From an uncultured delta proteobacterium (GTDB lineage Bacteria; Desulfobacterota; WTBG01): a DNA stretch of 64,000 bases. Numbering within the stretch: position 1 is the first letter of the stretch; each line of letters starts with the position of its first letter. The translations under genes and the position numbers were made by a program. Location of the stretch: contig CAWCBP010000009.1 in the NCBI GenBank assembly GCA_963793865.1, positions 13,424 to 77,423 on the forward strand, given 5' to 3'. Positions 21,201 to 31,320 of this stretch are shown piece after piece. A model generated the notes under the pieces. The model was given only the letters and a program-made list of their open reading frames with translations. It made no database searches and was not told where the DNA came from.

Positions 21201-21693
21201 AACCCTCTATTCCTTTAACAGAAATGTTACCGGTACCATTTGCCAGGCACTGGAAGGTTACCTTCGCTATAATAACATCACCACCGGCATCAGGTACCGG
21301 GCAGGTACCTAACTGTACCAATGCCAGCACATAGGAACCTGGTCCATAAGCATCAGGTATCTTAAGGGTGGCAGTTCCATCCCAGGGCACCAGCAATGTC
21401 AACGCCATCATAAGCCAGAACACTTACGAGACTCACCTGGGCTGGATTGTAAAACATCTCAAATCCGCTTGATATAATTGACTCAGGTATTTCGGCTGCC
21501 CAGATGTCAATGGAAAAAGTATCACCCGGATTAAGTGTTTCTGGGTTAACCGTATCGCAGGTTTTGAGACGGTTGTCCGCCCGCCAGGATTGCCTGCTTC
21601 CAAGACATCCTGGCAATAGCTTTGGGCAAAGGCAGAGCCTGCCATCAAGCTGAAAACAAAAACCAGCATGCAAAAAAATGAAAGCTTTTTCAT
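18254..21693 (-). CDS. Secreted Cys/Asp-rich tandem-repeat protein (frameshifted in this sequence)
   Basis: GGAGGAGG RBS and signal peptide MKKLSFFCMLVFVFSLMAGSAFA at 21693. The reading continues through ORFs 21433-21759, 21362-21769, 20857-21423 and 18254-20878 in changing frames. Many CDDG.FCNG.E.C repeats; C-terminal DIKPGSCPNPLN..GVLPVAILG domain. Confidence 0.7.
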
Positions 21694-22111
21694 TGTTCGT
21701 ACCTCCTCCATGAATTGAAATTGAATTGGAAAGCAAATGAATAGAACCGTGCCTTTCACCTCCTTTCACATGGCAATAATTTGATGATTAAAGTAGATTA
21801 TGTTGGTAAGACCGAAGGTCATCATTATTAACAGAGGAAAGTTTTCTCTATTTGTTATTATTAGCCATTCTGATTTTAAGGAAAATCAAAGCAATAAAAG
21901 CTCATAAATCGTAGTGTATTATATACTCTATTATATCGAATTGTCAAATATTTTTTCTTCGCATTTTTTAATATAAATGATTTAATCTGCTTAGGCAATG
22001 GGTTAAAGATAGTATTTTGTTTATAGCAACATAGTATTTATTATATTATATTAAAAATTTGTGGTTATCGGAAAATTGTTAATCAACCCCCCTTTTTCTT
22101 ATTTTGTTTAT

Positions 22112-22654
22112 CTACAATACTTCCCCTATCTCCATACTTAAAAGCTTATTTTTTATACTTATTCCATCTCCTGCAGAAAAGCCGCCTATCCTCCCGTCAC
22201 CCCTTATGATGCGGTGACAGGGAACAATTAAAGGAAAGGGGTTTTTGGCCAGGGCATTGCCCACTGCCCGCGCACTATTGGGAGAGTCAATCTTCCGCGC
22301 CAGACCGCTGTAGGTGTCAACCGAGCCGTACGGAATCTGCGCGGCAGCCTTGAGCACCTTCTTCTGGAAGGCGGTGAGAGAAGACCAGTCCACCGGCACG
22401 CTGCCGAGAGCGACGTTCTCTCCGGAACAGTAGCGCTCGAGCCGTTTTATGATCGCCCTCATCCCCCTTGAGGGATGTACCTCCATGGCATCTCTGAAGG
22501 CTTCTTTGATGTGCCGTTTAATCTGATGCTGCCGGGAATACCCTATGAAGAGCCTCTTTACATTCCTCCCTTTCATGACCATGCCGCACCAGCCAATGGC
22601 TGTTTTGAAAACCGTGAATGACGGCGGCGCACCGCCGGTGCCTGTGACGCTCAT
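22112..22654 (-). CDS. ogt: Methylated-DNA--protein-cysteine methyltransferase
   Basis: IPYG, ARAVGNALAKNP and IVPCHRII active-site motif. Confidence 0.93.
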   Translation of the reverse strand: MSVTGTGGAPPSFTVFKTAIGWCGMVMKGRNVKRLFIGYSRQHQIKRHIKEAFRDAMEVHPSRGMRAIIKRLERYCSGENVALGSVPVDWSSLTAFQKKVLKAAAQIPYGSVDTYSGLARKIDSPNSARAVGNALAKNPFPLIVPCHRIIRGDGRIGGFSAGDGISIKNKLLSMEIGEVL

Positions 22655-22706
22655 TGCAAGCCTCCGGATTTGTGTCCCGTGCATCGCGGGACCGGATAAA
22701 AAAACC

Positions 22707-22734
22707 TTGACATCTGTAGATAAAATGGTAGATT
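22707..22734 (+). promoter_or_regulatory. Putative sigma70 promoter for rpsT
   Basis: TTGACA-N16-TAGATT about 35 nt upstream of the rpsT start. Confidence 0.5.
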
Positions 22735-22769
22735 AGCGCACTATTTAACGGTGAGGAGACGAAAAAAGC

Positions 22770-23045
22770 ATGATGAGACATAAATCAGCGGAAAAACGGG
22801 CACGGCAGAACAAAAAGAGCTACCAGCGCAATCGGGCTATCAAATCATCCGTGAAGACAGGCGTTAAGAATCTCACGACCGTTCTGGAAACGAAGAACAG
22901 GGAAGAAAGCGCCACGGTGTTGAAGAAGGTCATTTCCACCATCAGCAGGGCTGCCTCCAAGGGAGTTATTCACAAGAAGACAGCCTCACGCAAGATATCC
23001 CGCCTCACCAAAAGGGTTAACAAGCAGCCGGCTGTCCAGGGTTGA
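22770..23045 (+). CDS. rpsT: 30S ribosomal protein S20
   Basis: HKSAEKRARQ and KGVIHKKTASRKISRL motifs. Confidence 0.96.
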   Translation: MMRHKSAEKRARQNKKSYQRNRAIKSSVKTGVKNLTTVLETKNREESATVLKKVISTISRAASKGVIHKKTASRKISRLTKRVNKQPAVQG

Positions 23046-23065
23046 CAGCCGCTGTTCCCCGACGC

Positions 23066-24055
23066 TCACAGGGCGCAGAGCCGGGAGATCATATCCTCAA
23101 GTATAATTTTCTCACTGATCCTGCTTGATTTAAGCTTTCTGTCCGACTGAAAGAGAAGGCTGAAGCAAAGCCGCGCATCTTCCAGGGAAAAGGCTTCTGC
23201 ATGCCCGGCAAACTCCCGGAGATGAAAGTTGTTAACCCCCAGCTGTTTCCCCGCGTCTGCAGCGGTGCTTCCGCTGTGCATCATCTCCCGCGCCCGCACC
23301 ATTAAGCGGTAGTGACGGGCTATCATTCCCAGTATTTTCAGAGACGGCTCGCCCGCATCCAAAAGGCGGTTCAATACATGGAACGCCTTTTGCCGGTCTT
23401 TTACGCCAAGAGAGTCAGTCAGGTTGAAAATGCTTGTCTCCTTCACCCCGGCAATGACCGCCTCCACATCTTCCCGTTCAATTACCCGCTTTTCACCTGC
23501 GTAGAGGCCGATCTTCTCCAGCTCATTGGAGATGCGCTGCAAATCGTTTTCCAGGGTCTCGCCCAGCAGCGCCGCCGCTTCCCTGCTGATCTGCTTGCCG
23601 CGTTCCTTCGCCATCCGTCTGATCCACTCCGGCATTTCATTCCTGAAGGGATGATAGAAGCGCACCGCTACGCCCTTTTTCTTAAACAGGGAGGTGATCT
23701 CTGCTTTCGGCGCGGTGGCGCCGGTGCAAAAAACCAGGCAGGTGGAAGGAGGGGGCTGCTCAAAGTAGGCTGAAAAGTTCTTCCACGATGATTTAAACTG
23801 GTCGGCCTCTTTTACCACCACCAGCCGACGCTTGCCGGCCAGCGGCAGCGTCTGAGCGGCAGTGATAACCTGGCGGGGATCGCTTTCCCCGCCATAGAAA
23901 AGCGAGAGGTTGAAGCTTGCCAGGCGGGGATCAACCAAAAGTTTTTTAAGCCGGTCTACCGTTGTATCGATTAAAAAAGTGTCCTCCCCGTAAAACAGAT
24001 ACAGGGGGGCAATAATGCCCTTCTCCAGGTCCTTTTGCAGTTCCAGGGGCTTCAC
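23066..24055 (-). CDS. holA: DNA polymerase III delta subunit
   Basis: LYLFYGED and NELEKI motifs; leuS-lptE-holA-rpsT synteny. Confidence 0.92.
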   Translation of the reverse strand: MKPLELQKDLEKGIIAPLYLFYGEDTFLIDTTVDRLKKLLVDPRLASFNLSLFYGGESDPRQVITAAQTLPLAGKRRLVVVKEADQFKSSWKNFSAYFEQPPPSTCLVFCTGATAPKAEITSLFKKKGVAVRFYHPFRNEMPEWIRRMAKERGKQISREAAALLGETLENDLQRISNELEKIGLYAGEKRVIEREDVEAVIAGVKETSIFNLTDSLGVKDRQKAFHVLNRLLDAGEPSLKILGMIARHYRLMVRAREMMHSGSTAADAGKQLGVNNFHLREFAGHAEAFSLEDARLCFSLLFQSDRKLKSSRISEKIILEDMISRLCAL

Positions 24056-24059
24056 CGGC

Positions 24060-24575
24060 TTAAAACCCCTCGATAATGCTGTCGTGGATCCGTTCCGCCA
24101 ATTCAGCGGCCGTCATTTTCAATGCAATTTTTTTGTTGGCTTCGGTTTCGGCGATCTCGGCCGCGACGCTGTATTCCTCAAAGTGGTAGAGGCCTTTGTT
24201 TCGCCAGAGAATTTCAGCGGTGTCCTTTCTTTCCAGGGTTATATCGAGCGCTAGCCGCGTGCGGTATTCCAGCGCCCGGTCGTCCCGGTCATAGGAGATG
24301 ACCGATTCGCTGAATTCTTCGATGCGGCCCCGGATCACCGCGTCCGCCCGGGCTTCGTCCACCACTGAAATGAACTTGCTTTTCACAAATTCATCCACCA
24401 GCGCTTCCGTCACGTACCGCTCCAGTCCGGGTTCAAAGCTCTTATTCGCGAAGTAGGGAATGGCTATGGAGTCAATGCCCGCCAGCACCCCGCTCTCCCG
24501 GCCGATGAAGTGATAGCCGCATCCCGCCAGACTGCATAACAGCAGCACTGCTATTGTCGCCCCTGCATGTTTCAC
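24060..24575 (-). CDS. lptE: LPS assembly lipoprotein LptE
   Basis: Lipobox LAGCGY; position between leuS and holA. Confidence 0.85.
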   Translation of the reverse strand: MKHAGATIAVLLLCSLAGCGYHFIGRESGVLAGIDSIAIPYFANKSFEPGLERYVTEALVDEFVKSKFISVVDEARADAVIRGRIEEFSESVISYDRDDRALEYRTRLALDITLERKDTAEILWRNKGLYHFEEYSVAAEIAETEANKKIALKMTAAELAERIHDSIIEGF

Positions 24576-24582
24576 CGTGCCC

Positions 24583-27162
24583 TCATTTCACAACGATATT
24601 AACCAGCTTTCCCGGCACCACGATCACCTTTTTGATCGCGCCGCCCGCAATCCATTTTTTCAGCGTGTCGTCGGCCAGGGCCCTCGCCTGTATCTCCTCC
24701 CCGGAGGAATCGGCCGGCACCACGACGTTGCTCCGCAGCTTGCCGTTTACCTGCACCACGATGGTGATCTCGTCCTCGGTGATGGCAGCGGGGTCATAAG
24801 CGGGCCAGGTCGCCTTAAAGATGCTTTCCCGGTTGCCCAGGAGCTCCCAGAGTTCTTCCGCCAGGTGGGGGACCATGGGGGCAAGAAGAAGGATCACCGC
24901 TTGTATGGCCTCCTTGATTACCGGGAGCGCCGTTGCGTCCCGGACTGCGGCGATGTCAAACTGGTAGATGGCGTTGACCAGCTCCATGACCGCGCTTATG
25001 GCGGTATTGAAGTGAAAGCGGTCTTCGATGTCGCCCGATACCTTCCTGATGGTGGCGTGCGTTTTCAGCCGCAGCTTCTTCAGGGCCGGGTCGGTCAGCG
25101 CCGTCCCGCCCAAAGGCGGTACCGGCTTGAGCAGGTCAAGATGATCAACCGTCATCCTCCAGACGCGGTTCAAAAAGCGGAAGGCGCCCTCCACCCCCTG
25201 GTCATTCCAGTCCAGGTCTTTTTCTGGCGGCGATGCAAAGAGGCAGAAGAGCCGCGCCGTATCCGCGCCGTACTGGTCAATCAGGGTCTGGGGATCGACG
25301 ATGTTTCTGGTGGTTTTGGACATCTTTTCAATGCGGCCGACGGTGACCGGCTTGCTGCAGTGTTTGCAGACGCCCTGGGAGACCTCTTCGGGGTAAAGCC
25401 ACCCGTGCACGTCGCATCGCAGCGTCTCCTTGCAGACCATGCCCTGGGTGAGGAGATTGGTGAATGGCTCATCAACCCCGACGAGGCCCATGTCACGCAG
25501 GACCTTGGTGAAAAACCTGGCGTAGAGCAGGTGCAGCACGGCGTGCTCAATGCCCCCGACGTACTGATCGACGGGCATCCAGTAGTCGACCGCCGCCCGG
25601 TCGAGCGGGGAGCGGTCATGAGCGGGGCAGGCATAGCGGGCGAAATACCAGGACGACTCCACGAAGGTGTCCATGGTGTCGGTTTCTCTCAGGGCGGCCC
25701 CTCCGCAGAGGGGACAGCAGGTATCGGCAAAATCGGCGCAGTTTTTAAGGGGGGATCCGCCCAGCTCTTTTATCTCTATTTCACGCGGCAAAATGACCGG
25801 GAGCTGTTCGTCGGGCACGGGCACCGTGCCGCAGGCCGGGCAATGGATAAAGGGGATGGGGTTTCCCCAGTAGCGCTGCCGCGAGATGCCCCAGTCCTTG
25901 AGGCGATAATTGACCGCCCGCCTGCCCTGCCCCGTATTTTCCAGGTGATCGGTAATGGCATCCATGGCCTTCCGGTTGTGAATGCCGTTGAAGGATTCGG
26001 AATTGACCATGATCCCGTCGCCCAGGTAGGCCTCGGACATTCCTTCCGGGTTGAGCGTTTCTCCCTCGGGCTGAATGACCACGATGCGTTCCAGGCCGTA
26101 TTTTGCGGCAAACTCGAAGTCCCGCTGATCGTGGGTGGGAACCGCCATCACCGCCCCCGTCCCGTATTCCATGAGAACAAAGTTGGCAACGAAAATGGGC
26201 ATTCTGCGCCGGGTGACGGGGTTGATGCAGTAGGCGCCGGTGAAGACGCCCTCCTTTTCCTGGTCCTCGGCGGAGCGGACAATTTTATCCTGCCTGATTA
26301 CCTTCTCGACGAATGCCTGCACCGCCTGTGCCTGCCCGGTGCCGCGGGAGAGCTGGAGCGCCAGGGGATTTTCGGGTGCCAGGCTCATGAAGGTCGCGCC
26401 GAAGAGGGTATCCGGCCTGGTGGTAAACACGGTTATGGACTGCTCGTGCCCCTCGACCGGAAAATTAATTTCGGTCCCGACACTCTTCCCGATCCAGTTC
26501 TTCTGCATGGTGATGACCCGCTCGGGCCAGCCGGTGAGCCTGTTGCAGCAGTCCAGCAGCTCCTCGGCATAGCGGGTGATTCTGAAGAACCACCCATCCA
26601 GCTCCTTCTGGGTCACCTCGGAGCCGCAGCGCCAGCACGCGCCGCCCTCGACCTGCTCGTTGGCCAGGACCGTCCGGCACTTCCCGCACCAGTTGACGAA
26701 CGATTTCTTCTTGTATACCAGGTCCCGCTCATACATCCGCAGGAAGAGCCACTGCTCCCATTTATAATAGAGCGGGTCGCAGGTGGCGATCTCCCGGCCC
26801 CAGTCGTAGCTGAATCCCATCCTTTTCAGCTGGGCCTTCATGTAGGCAATATTCTCATAGGTCCATTGTGCCGGGTGGACACCCCGTTCCAGGGCGGCGT
26901 TTTCCGCCGGCATGCCGAAGGCGTCCCATCCCATGGGATGGAGGACGTTATACCCCTGCATCATCTTGTAGCGGGCGATGACGTCCCCGATGGAATAGTT
27001 TCTGACATGCCCCATGTGGATGCGCCCTGAAGGATAGGGGAACATTTCGAGCAGATAGTACTTTTTCTTCCCGGGGGACTCGCTTACTTCATAGGCGCGG
27101 GTGTGCTCCCAGCGCTGCTGCCACTTTAGTTCGATCTCATGAGGTTTGTAGGGTTCTGCCAT
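24583..27162 (-). CDS. leuS: Leucine--tRNA ligase
   Basis: [13 protein letters not shown] (HIGH-type) and KMSKT motifs, editing domain, C-terminal VVQVNGKLR. Confidence 0.98.
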   Translation of the reverse strand: MAEPYKPHEIELKWQQRWEHTRAYEVSESPGKKKYYLLEMFPYPSGRIHMGHVRNYSIGDVIARYKMMQGYNVLHPMGWDAFGMPAENAALERGVHPAQWTYENIAYMKAQLKRMGFSYDWGREIATCDPLYYKWEQWLFLRMYERDLVYKKKSFVNWCGKCRTVLANEQVEGGACWRCGSEVTQKELDGWFFRITRYAEELLDCCNRLTGWPERVITMQKNWIGKSVGTEINFPVEGHEQSITVFTTRPDTLFGATFMSLAPENPLALQLSRGTGQAQAVQAFVEKVIRQDKIVRSAEDQEKEGVFTGAYCINPVTRRRMPIFVANFVLMEYGTGAVMAVPTHDQRDFEFAAKYGLERIVVIQPEGETLNPEGMSEAYLGDGIMVNSESFNGIHNRKAMDAITDHLENTGQGRRAVNYRLKDWGISRQRYWGNPIPFIHCPACGTVPVPDEQLPVILPREIEIKELGGSPLKNCADFADTCCPLCGGAALRETDTMDTFVESSWYFARYACPAHDRSPLDRAAVDYWMPVDQYVGGIEHAVLHLLYARFFTKVLRDMGLVGVDEPFTNLLTQGMVCKETLRCDVHGWLYPEEVSQGVCKHCSKPVTVGRIEKMSKTTRNIVDPQTLIDQYGADTARLFCLFASPPEKDLDWNDQGVEGAFRFLNRVWRMTVDHLDLLKPVPPLGGTALTDPALKKLRLKTHATIRKVSGDIEDRFHFNTAISAVMELVNAIYQFDIAAVRDATALPVIKEAIQAVILLLAPMVPHLAEELWELLGNRESIFKATWPAYDPAAITEDEITIVVQVNGKLRSNVVVPADSSGEEIQARALADDTLKKWIAGGAIKKVIVVPGKLVNIVVK

Positions 27163-27279
27163 CAGATTGCATCCCGCTCGAATCGGATTGACCGTGTGAC
27201 CCGGTGGAAAGAACAGGCCTCCTGAATGGTTGCTTTTCTAGCATATGCGCCCCTGTTTATCAAGGTAAAACCAGACCTT

Positions 27280-28377
27280 AAGGGGACGTTGTTGACAAAT
27301 TGTACTTTCTCATTTATTCCGTTCCAGCATGCGCGCTATTGCTGAAGTTGATACGCCGAGCATGCGTGCTGTTTCCGCCAATGAAACGCCATATTCCATT
27401 ACCAATTGACAGGCGAGATTTTTCCGCAGCTGTGGAAGCGGATGCCGCCTGCTTCCGGATTGCAGCAGCTCTTTTGTAATCCCTTCGTCTGTGCACATTT
27501 TTTCCAGTTTCCGGTTAGCTTTTTTTGCAGTGTTTACGGGAGGGATCTGATATTTTACCATGCCCTGTGCCTGAGCGAGCATCTCCTGGACAAATTCGCT
27601 GCTGCCTAAAATCCGCTCATCGCCCACTTCTTGAGAGCCCTGCTTTCGTCGCGCCCGTACAGCCGACCACCCGCCCATCGATCGGATTAATCCCCCACCC
27701 GTCAGTTCGGATTGTCTTCCCTGGCTGCTTTGTTCCAGCACCTGCTGCCGGTATGCTTTCCGCGCACGGCTTTCTGTGGTACCGAAATACGCAAGTACTC
27801 TATCCCGGTCCTGCCAATGATTTTTCATCCGGTTCATAATCACGCCGTGTCCGCACCATGGATACGAATCCAGCTCTTCAAGGTTGTGAACCAGGCCTGC
27901 ACGCAGCGGATTCAGATGAATATAGCAGACAAGTCTCAGAAAATATGGATCTTCCTCGCAGACAATCGATTTATACCGGTTTTGAAAAACATGCCCCCAC
28001 CGATGATGCCGTCGATTGTAGGAACCGGCATACCCGGTCAGCAGTTTGCGCATAAAACCGGGCATACCGCCGTTTCCGCTGCGCAATAGAATATGGGCAT
28101 GATTGCTCAGGATCGCCCAGGCATACACTGTCGTACCGGTTTTTGTAGCGGTTGTTCCCAGTCGGGAAACAAAATCAGCCCGGTCTTTGTCATCTTTGAC
28201 GATCGGGCCTTTTTCAATGCCTCGGATCATTACATGATGCAATGTGCCGGGCGCATCCAACCTCGGTCCTCGCGGCATATATCTGCCTCAGGTGCAATTT
28301 CCTGCAATATCCTATCAAGCAATGCTATATCGAGCAATACTATTTGAGTTTGTACAATTTGTCAACAACGTCCCCTT
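27280..28377. mobile_element. Y1/HUH transposase element bounded by perfect 26-bp inverted repeats
   Basis: AAGGGGACGTTGTTGACAAATTGTAC (27280-27305) and its exact reverse complement (28352-28377) enclose the transposase gene. Confidence 0.8.
27310..28278 (-). CDS. RAYT-like Y1 (HUH) transposase with C-terminal HTH (DnaA_C-like)
   Basis: HHVMIRG, NHAH (HUH), GHVFQNRYKS, YIHLNP and YPW motifs; C-terminal SLAETARMLGVSTSAI helix-turn-helix. Confidence 0.9.
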   Translation of the reverse strand: MPRGPRLDAPGTLHHVMIRGIEKGPIVKDDKDRADFVSRLGTTATKTGTTVYAWAILSNHAHILLRSGNGGMPGFMRKLLTGYAGSYNRRHHRWGHVFQNRYKSIVCEEDPYFLRLVCYIHLNPLRAGLVHNLEELDSYPWCGHGVIMNRMKNHWQDRDRVLAYFGTTESRARKAYRQQVLEQSSQGRQSELTGGGLIRSMGGWSAVRARRKQGSQEVGDERILGSSEFVQEMLAQAQGMVKYQIPPVNTAKKANRKLEKMCTDEGITKELLQSGSRRHPLPQLRKNLACQLVMEYGVSLAETARMLGVSTSAIARMLERNK

Positions 28378-28450
28378 CTTTTTTTGCAATTGACTTTTAC
28401 TCCTGGCATGATAAAAATTTGTTCCATCAAAATGTAAGCGGTCAGAGCCT

Positions 28451-28975
28451 ATGCAGTCACAGGTGTCACATATAGGTACGGTTTCTATAAAGATCCTGCT
28501 TTCCCTGCTGATGCTGTTACTGCATGCCGGTGCCATTGCATCAGGTCAGGCGGATCCGAAGGGAAGCGGCCGGAGTGCAGCGGCAGACGCGGCAGCCCCC
28601 CTGACGTTTTCCACCGGCTTTGTAAGCCTTTCCTCCGGCCACACCATTGCAGCATCCAATTTTGTCTTCAGCGACGGAAACGCCTTTGAGATAAAGATTC
28701 CCGGAGTGGATTGGCTCGAACCCTCCGGCTCATACACGCAAAGCGGACTTACGTTCAAGGCGGATTTTTCGGCCGCCGTCCGCAAGGGGGGAAAACACTA
28801 CCGCTACACATTTTCCGCACAGGGAATCCGGCTTTTTGACAGCTACATTGGCGGCATCATGGAGCTTGATGAATGGATCAACGAAACCGGACAGCATCAA
28901 AAGGTCACCTTTGTTTTCTGGGGAACATCCGAAGCGGCCGGTTCCGAAGAAAAGAAAAACCTCTTTCCGTTCTGA
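28451..28975 (+). CDS. Hypothetical exported protein
   Basis: Hydrophobic signal-like N-terminus and beta-rich body; no family recognised. Confidence 0.55.
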   Translation: MQSQVSHIGTVSIKILLSLLMLLLHAGAIASGQADPKGSGRSAAADAAAPLTFSTGFVSLSSGHTIAASNFVFSDGNAFEIKIPGVDWLEPSGSYTQSGLTFKADFSAAVRKGGKHYRYTFSAQGIRLFDSYIGGIMELDEWINETGQHQKVTFVFWGTSEAAGSEEKKNLFPF

Positions 28976-29163
28976 CGCTTTCCAGCAGAACCGTCGCGTT
29001 TACCGGGCACTATTTACGCTTGACAGTCAAGGGCACGGCATGTTAATCATCGCTCGGATTTTACCCTGTTTGTCATTGCGGTTCAGGGTTTTCCGGGACG
29101 AAGATCTCTGCACAACTTCATAATTTCACCGGTTTTAAGAAACATCACAGAAGGATTCCCGTT

Positions 29164-30945
29164 ATGGCTAAATCTACCGCAGTGAATCCCAAACTTGTCC
29201 ACCGGTTCGGAAAAGGATGGGTATTCAATGTTACCTATGCCCCTGATGGCAAAACCATCGCGGTGGCGACCTCTGCCGGGATTGAACTGTATGACACCGC
29301 CACCTTCAAAAGGATAAAAGTGCTTTCAAAGCACCTTGATTTTGTCGCCTCGGTAAATTTCAGTCCCAGGGGGAACCTGCTCGTCTCCGGTTCGGACGAT
29401 AACACCATAAAGATTTGGGATGTGGAAGCGGGAAAAGAGATAAAGACCCTCAAGGGACACGGCGATGACATTACCTCGGTGCGGTTCAGCCCCGACGGCA
29501 AGCATATTGTCTCCGGTTCGGATGATGACACCATACGGCTCTGGGACGTCAAAAGCGGCGAGACGGTGCGGATTTTCCAGGGCCATACCAACGACGTCAC
29601 CTCGGTGCGGTTCAGCCCCGACGGCAAGTACATAGCCTCCGGTTCGGATGATGACACCATCAAGCTGTGGGATTGCGCGACCGGCAAAGAGATCAGGTCC
29701 TTCAAGGGCCACAAGGATATAATCGAGTCCATCAGCTACAGCCGCGACGGCAGGCTCCTCGCTTCCTGCTCGGATGACGAGACCATCAAGCTCTGGGAGA
29801 TCAGCTCGGGCAGGAACATTAAAACCCTCGAGGGCCACACCGACTGCGTGATTGCGGTCAGCTTTTCCCCCGACGGCAAAACCCTTGCTTCGGGATCGGA
29901 CGACGGCACCATTAAGCTCTGGGATGCCGGGACCGGCAGGAACATCAGAAATCTCAAGGGGCATACCGGCTATATCTGGTCTGTGGCCTTCAGTCCCGAC
30001 GGGACCACCATTGCCTCTGGGTCCCGCGACAACAGCATACGGTTCTGGGATATTAAAACCGGCAAGGTGCTCGGAACCATTGACGGGTATACCGGGCTGG
30101 TATGGTCGGTAAGCATGAGCCCGGGCGGGGATGTCTTTGCCTCCGCCCACCGCGACAACACCATTCTCATCTGGGACGTCGCGGGCAAACGGTTGCTGAA
30201 GAAGCTGGAAGGCCACACCGATGATGTGAACACCGTCTGCTTCAGCCCCGACGGCAGGCGGCTGGTGTCGGGATCCGATGACGATACCATTAAAATCTGG
30301 AACGTGGAGACGGGCGAAGAAGAAAAAACCCTGCAGGGGCACACCGACTATGTGGTGGCCGTCGCCTTCAGTCCCGACGGGAAATACCTTGCCTCCGCCT
30401 CCGATGACGGCATGGTCAAGATCTGGGATCTCGGGGAAGGCAGACTGGTGAGAACGCTGAAAGGCCACCTGAGCTATGTCTGGTCGGTTGCCTTCAGCCC
30501 TGACGGCCTTCTCCTGGCCTCGGGATCGCGGGACACCACCATACGCATCTGGGACCTGGAAACGGGCAAGACGGTCAAAACCCTGCGCGGGCACACCAGC
30601 TATGTGTGGAGCCTCTGCTTCAGCCCTGATGGCAGCCGCCTGGCCTCGGCCTCGGACGATGGAACCATCCGGCTCTGGGATTTGCAGGAAGGCAAGGAGG
30701 CGCCTCCGCCGTTCAAGGGCAGGACCAAACAGGTATGGTCACTGTGCTTCAGCCCGGACGGCAAATACCTGGTGAGCGGTTCCAACGAGGACAGAATTGC
30801 CGTATGGGATGCACGAAGCGGAGAAGAGATAAAATTCTTAAAGGGGCACACCAACATTATTGAATCGCTCAGTTTCAGCAGGGACGGCGCCTGTCTTGTT
30901 TCCGGCTCCGATGACGGGACCTGTATCCTCTGGAAGTGGAACTGA
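29164..30945 (+). CDS. WD40 repeat protein (14 repeats; probably two 7-bladed propellers)
   Basis: 42-aa periodic GH...V.FSPDG..L.SGS.D.TI..WD units; no signal peptide or other domain. Confidence 0.95.
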   Translation: MAKSTAVNPKLVHRFGKGWVFNVTYAPDGKTIAVATSAGIELYDTATFKRIKVLSKHLDFVASVNFSPRGNLLVSGSDDNTIKIWDVEAGKEIKTLKGHGDDITSVRFSPDGKHIVSGSDDDTIRLWDVKSGETVRIFQGHTNDVTSVRFSPDGKYIASGSDDDTIKLWDCATGKEIRSFKGHKDIIESISYSRDGRLLASCSDDETIKLWEISSGRNIKTLEGHTDCVIAVSFSPDGKTLASGSDDGTIKLWDAGTGRNIRNLKGHTGYIWSVAFSPDGTTIASGSRDNSIRFWDIKTGKVLGTIDGYTGLVWSVSMSPGGDVFASAHRDNTILIWDVAGKRLLKKLEGHTDDVNTVCFSPDGRRLVSGSDDDTIKIWNVETGEEEKTLQGHTDYVVAVAFSPDGKYLASASDDGMVKIWDLGEGRLVRTLKGHLSYVWSVAFSPDGLLLASGSRDTTIRIWDLETGKTVKTLRGHTSYVWSLCFSPDGSRLASASDDGTIRLWDLQEGKEAPPPFKGRTKQVWSLCFSPDGKYLVSGSNEDRIAVWDARSGEEIKFLKGHTNIIESLSFSRDGACLVSGSDDGTCILWKWN

Positions 30946-31029
30946 TTAAGATACCCCGCGGAAAGCACCAGGTCAGCCCCGGACAAAAAGGGGGTGCGCT
31001 TGTGTTGCGGGAAAGCGCGGAAAGGCTGT

Positions 31030-31320
31030 ATGCTGTCCAAGAAGACAAAAAGAAAGTACGCTGACAAGAAAAAGCAGAGCAACTATTCGAAGGTCTACCT
31101 GCAGCTTATCGACAAGTGGTGCATCCGGTGCAAGGTATGCGCCGAGCTCTGCCCCGACAAGGTTCTGGGCATAAACGAGTATGGCTATCCGGAGGTGAGG
31201 AAGCCCATCGAGTGCGAGGCGTGCAACATCTGCGTGCTGGCCTGCCCCGGCTTTGCCCTTTCCCTGGTTGAAAAGAAGGCCAGGTCGCTGCTGCAGATTT
31301 TAGGAGGCGAGCACACGTGA
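31030..31320 (+). CDS. 2x[4Fe-4S] ferredoxin-like protein
   Basis: CIRCKVCAELCP and CEACNICVLACP motifs; GTGA overlap with the AOR-family gene. Confidence 0.85.
   Translation: MLSKKTKRKYADKKKQSNYSKVYLQLIDKWCIRCKVCAELCPDKVLGINEYGYPEVRKPIECEACNICVLACPGFALSLVEKKARSLLQILGGEHT

Noticed and set aside
24577..27030. 817-aa plus-strand ORF
   Set aside because: Antisense shadow of leuS caused by high-GC codon bias; no recognisable motifs.
29164..30945. Regular DNA repeats suggesting a CRISPR array or DGR
   Set aside because: The 126-nt period is the WD40 coding repeat. No cas or reverse transcriptase gene is in the window. The same reasoning applies to the Cys-rich repeats at 18.7-21.1 kb.
30946..31029. 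Moco/Wco riboswitch ahead of the AOR genes
   Set aside because: The gap is only 84 nt and I could not match the conserved structure. An Rfam scan would settle it.
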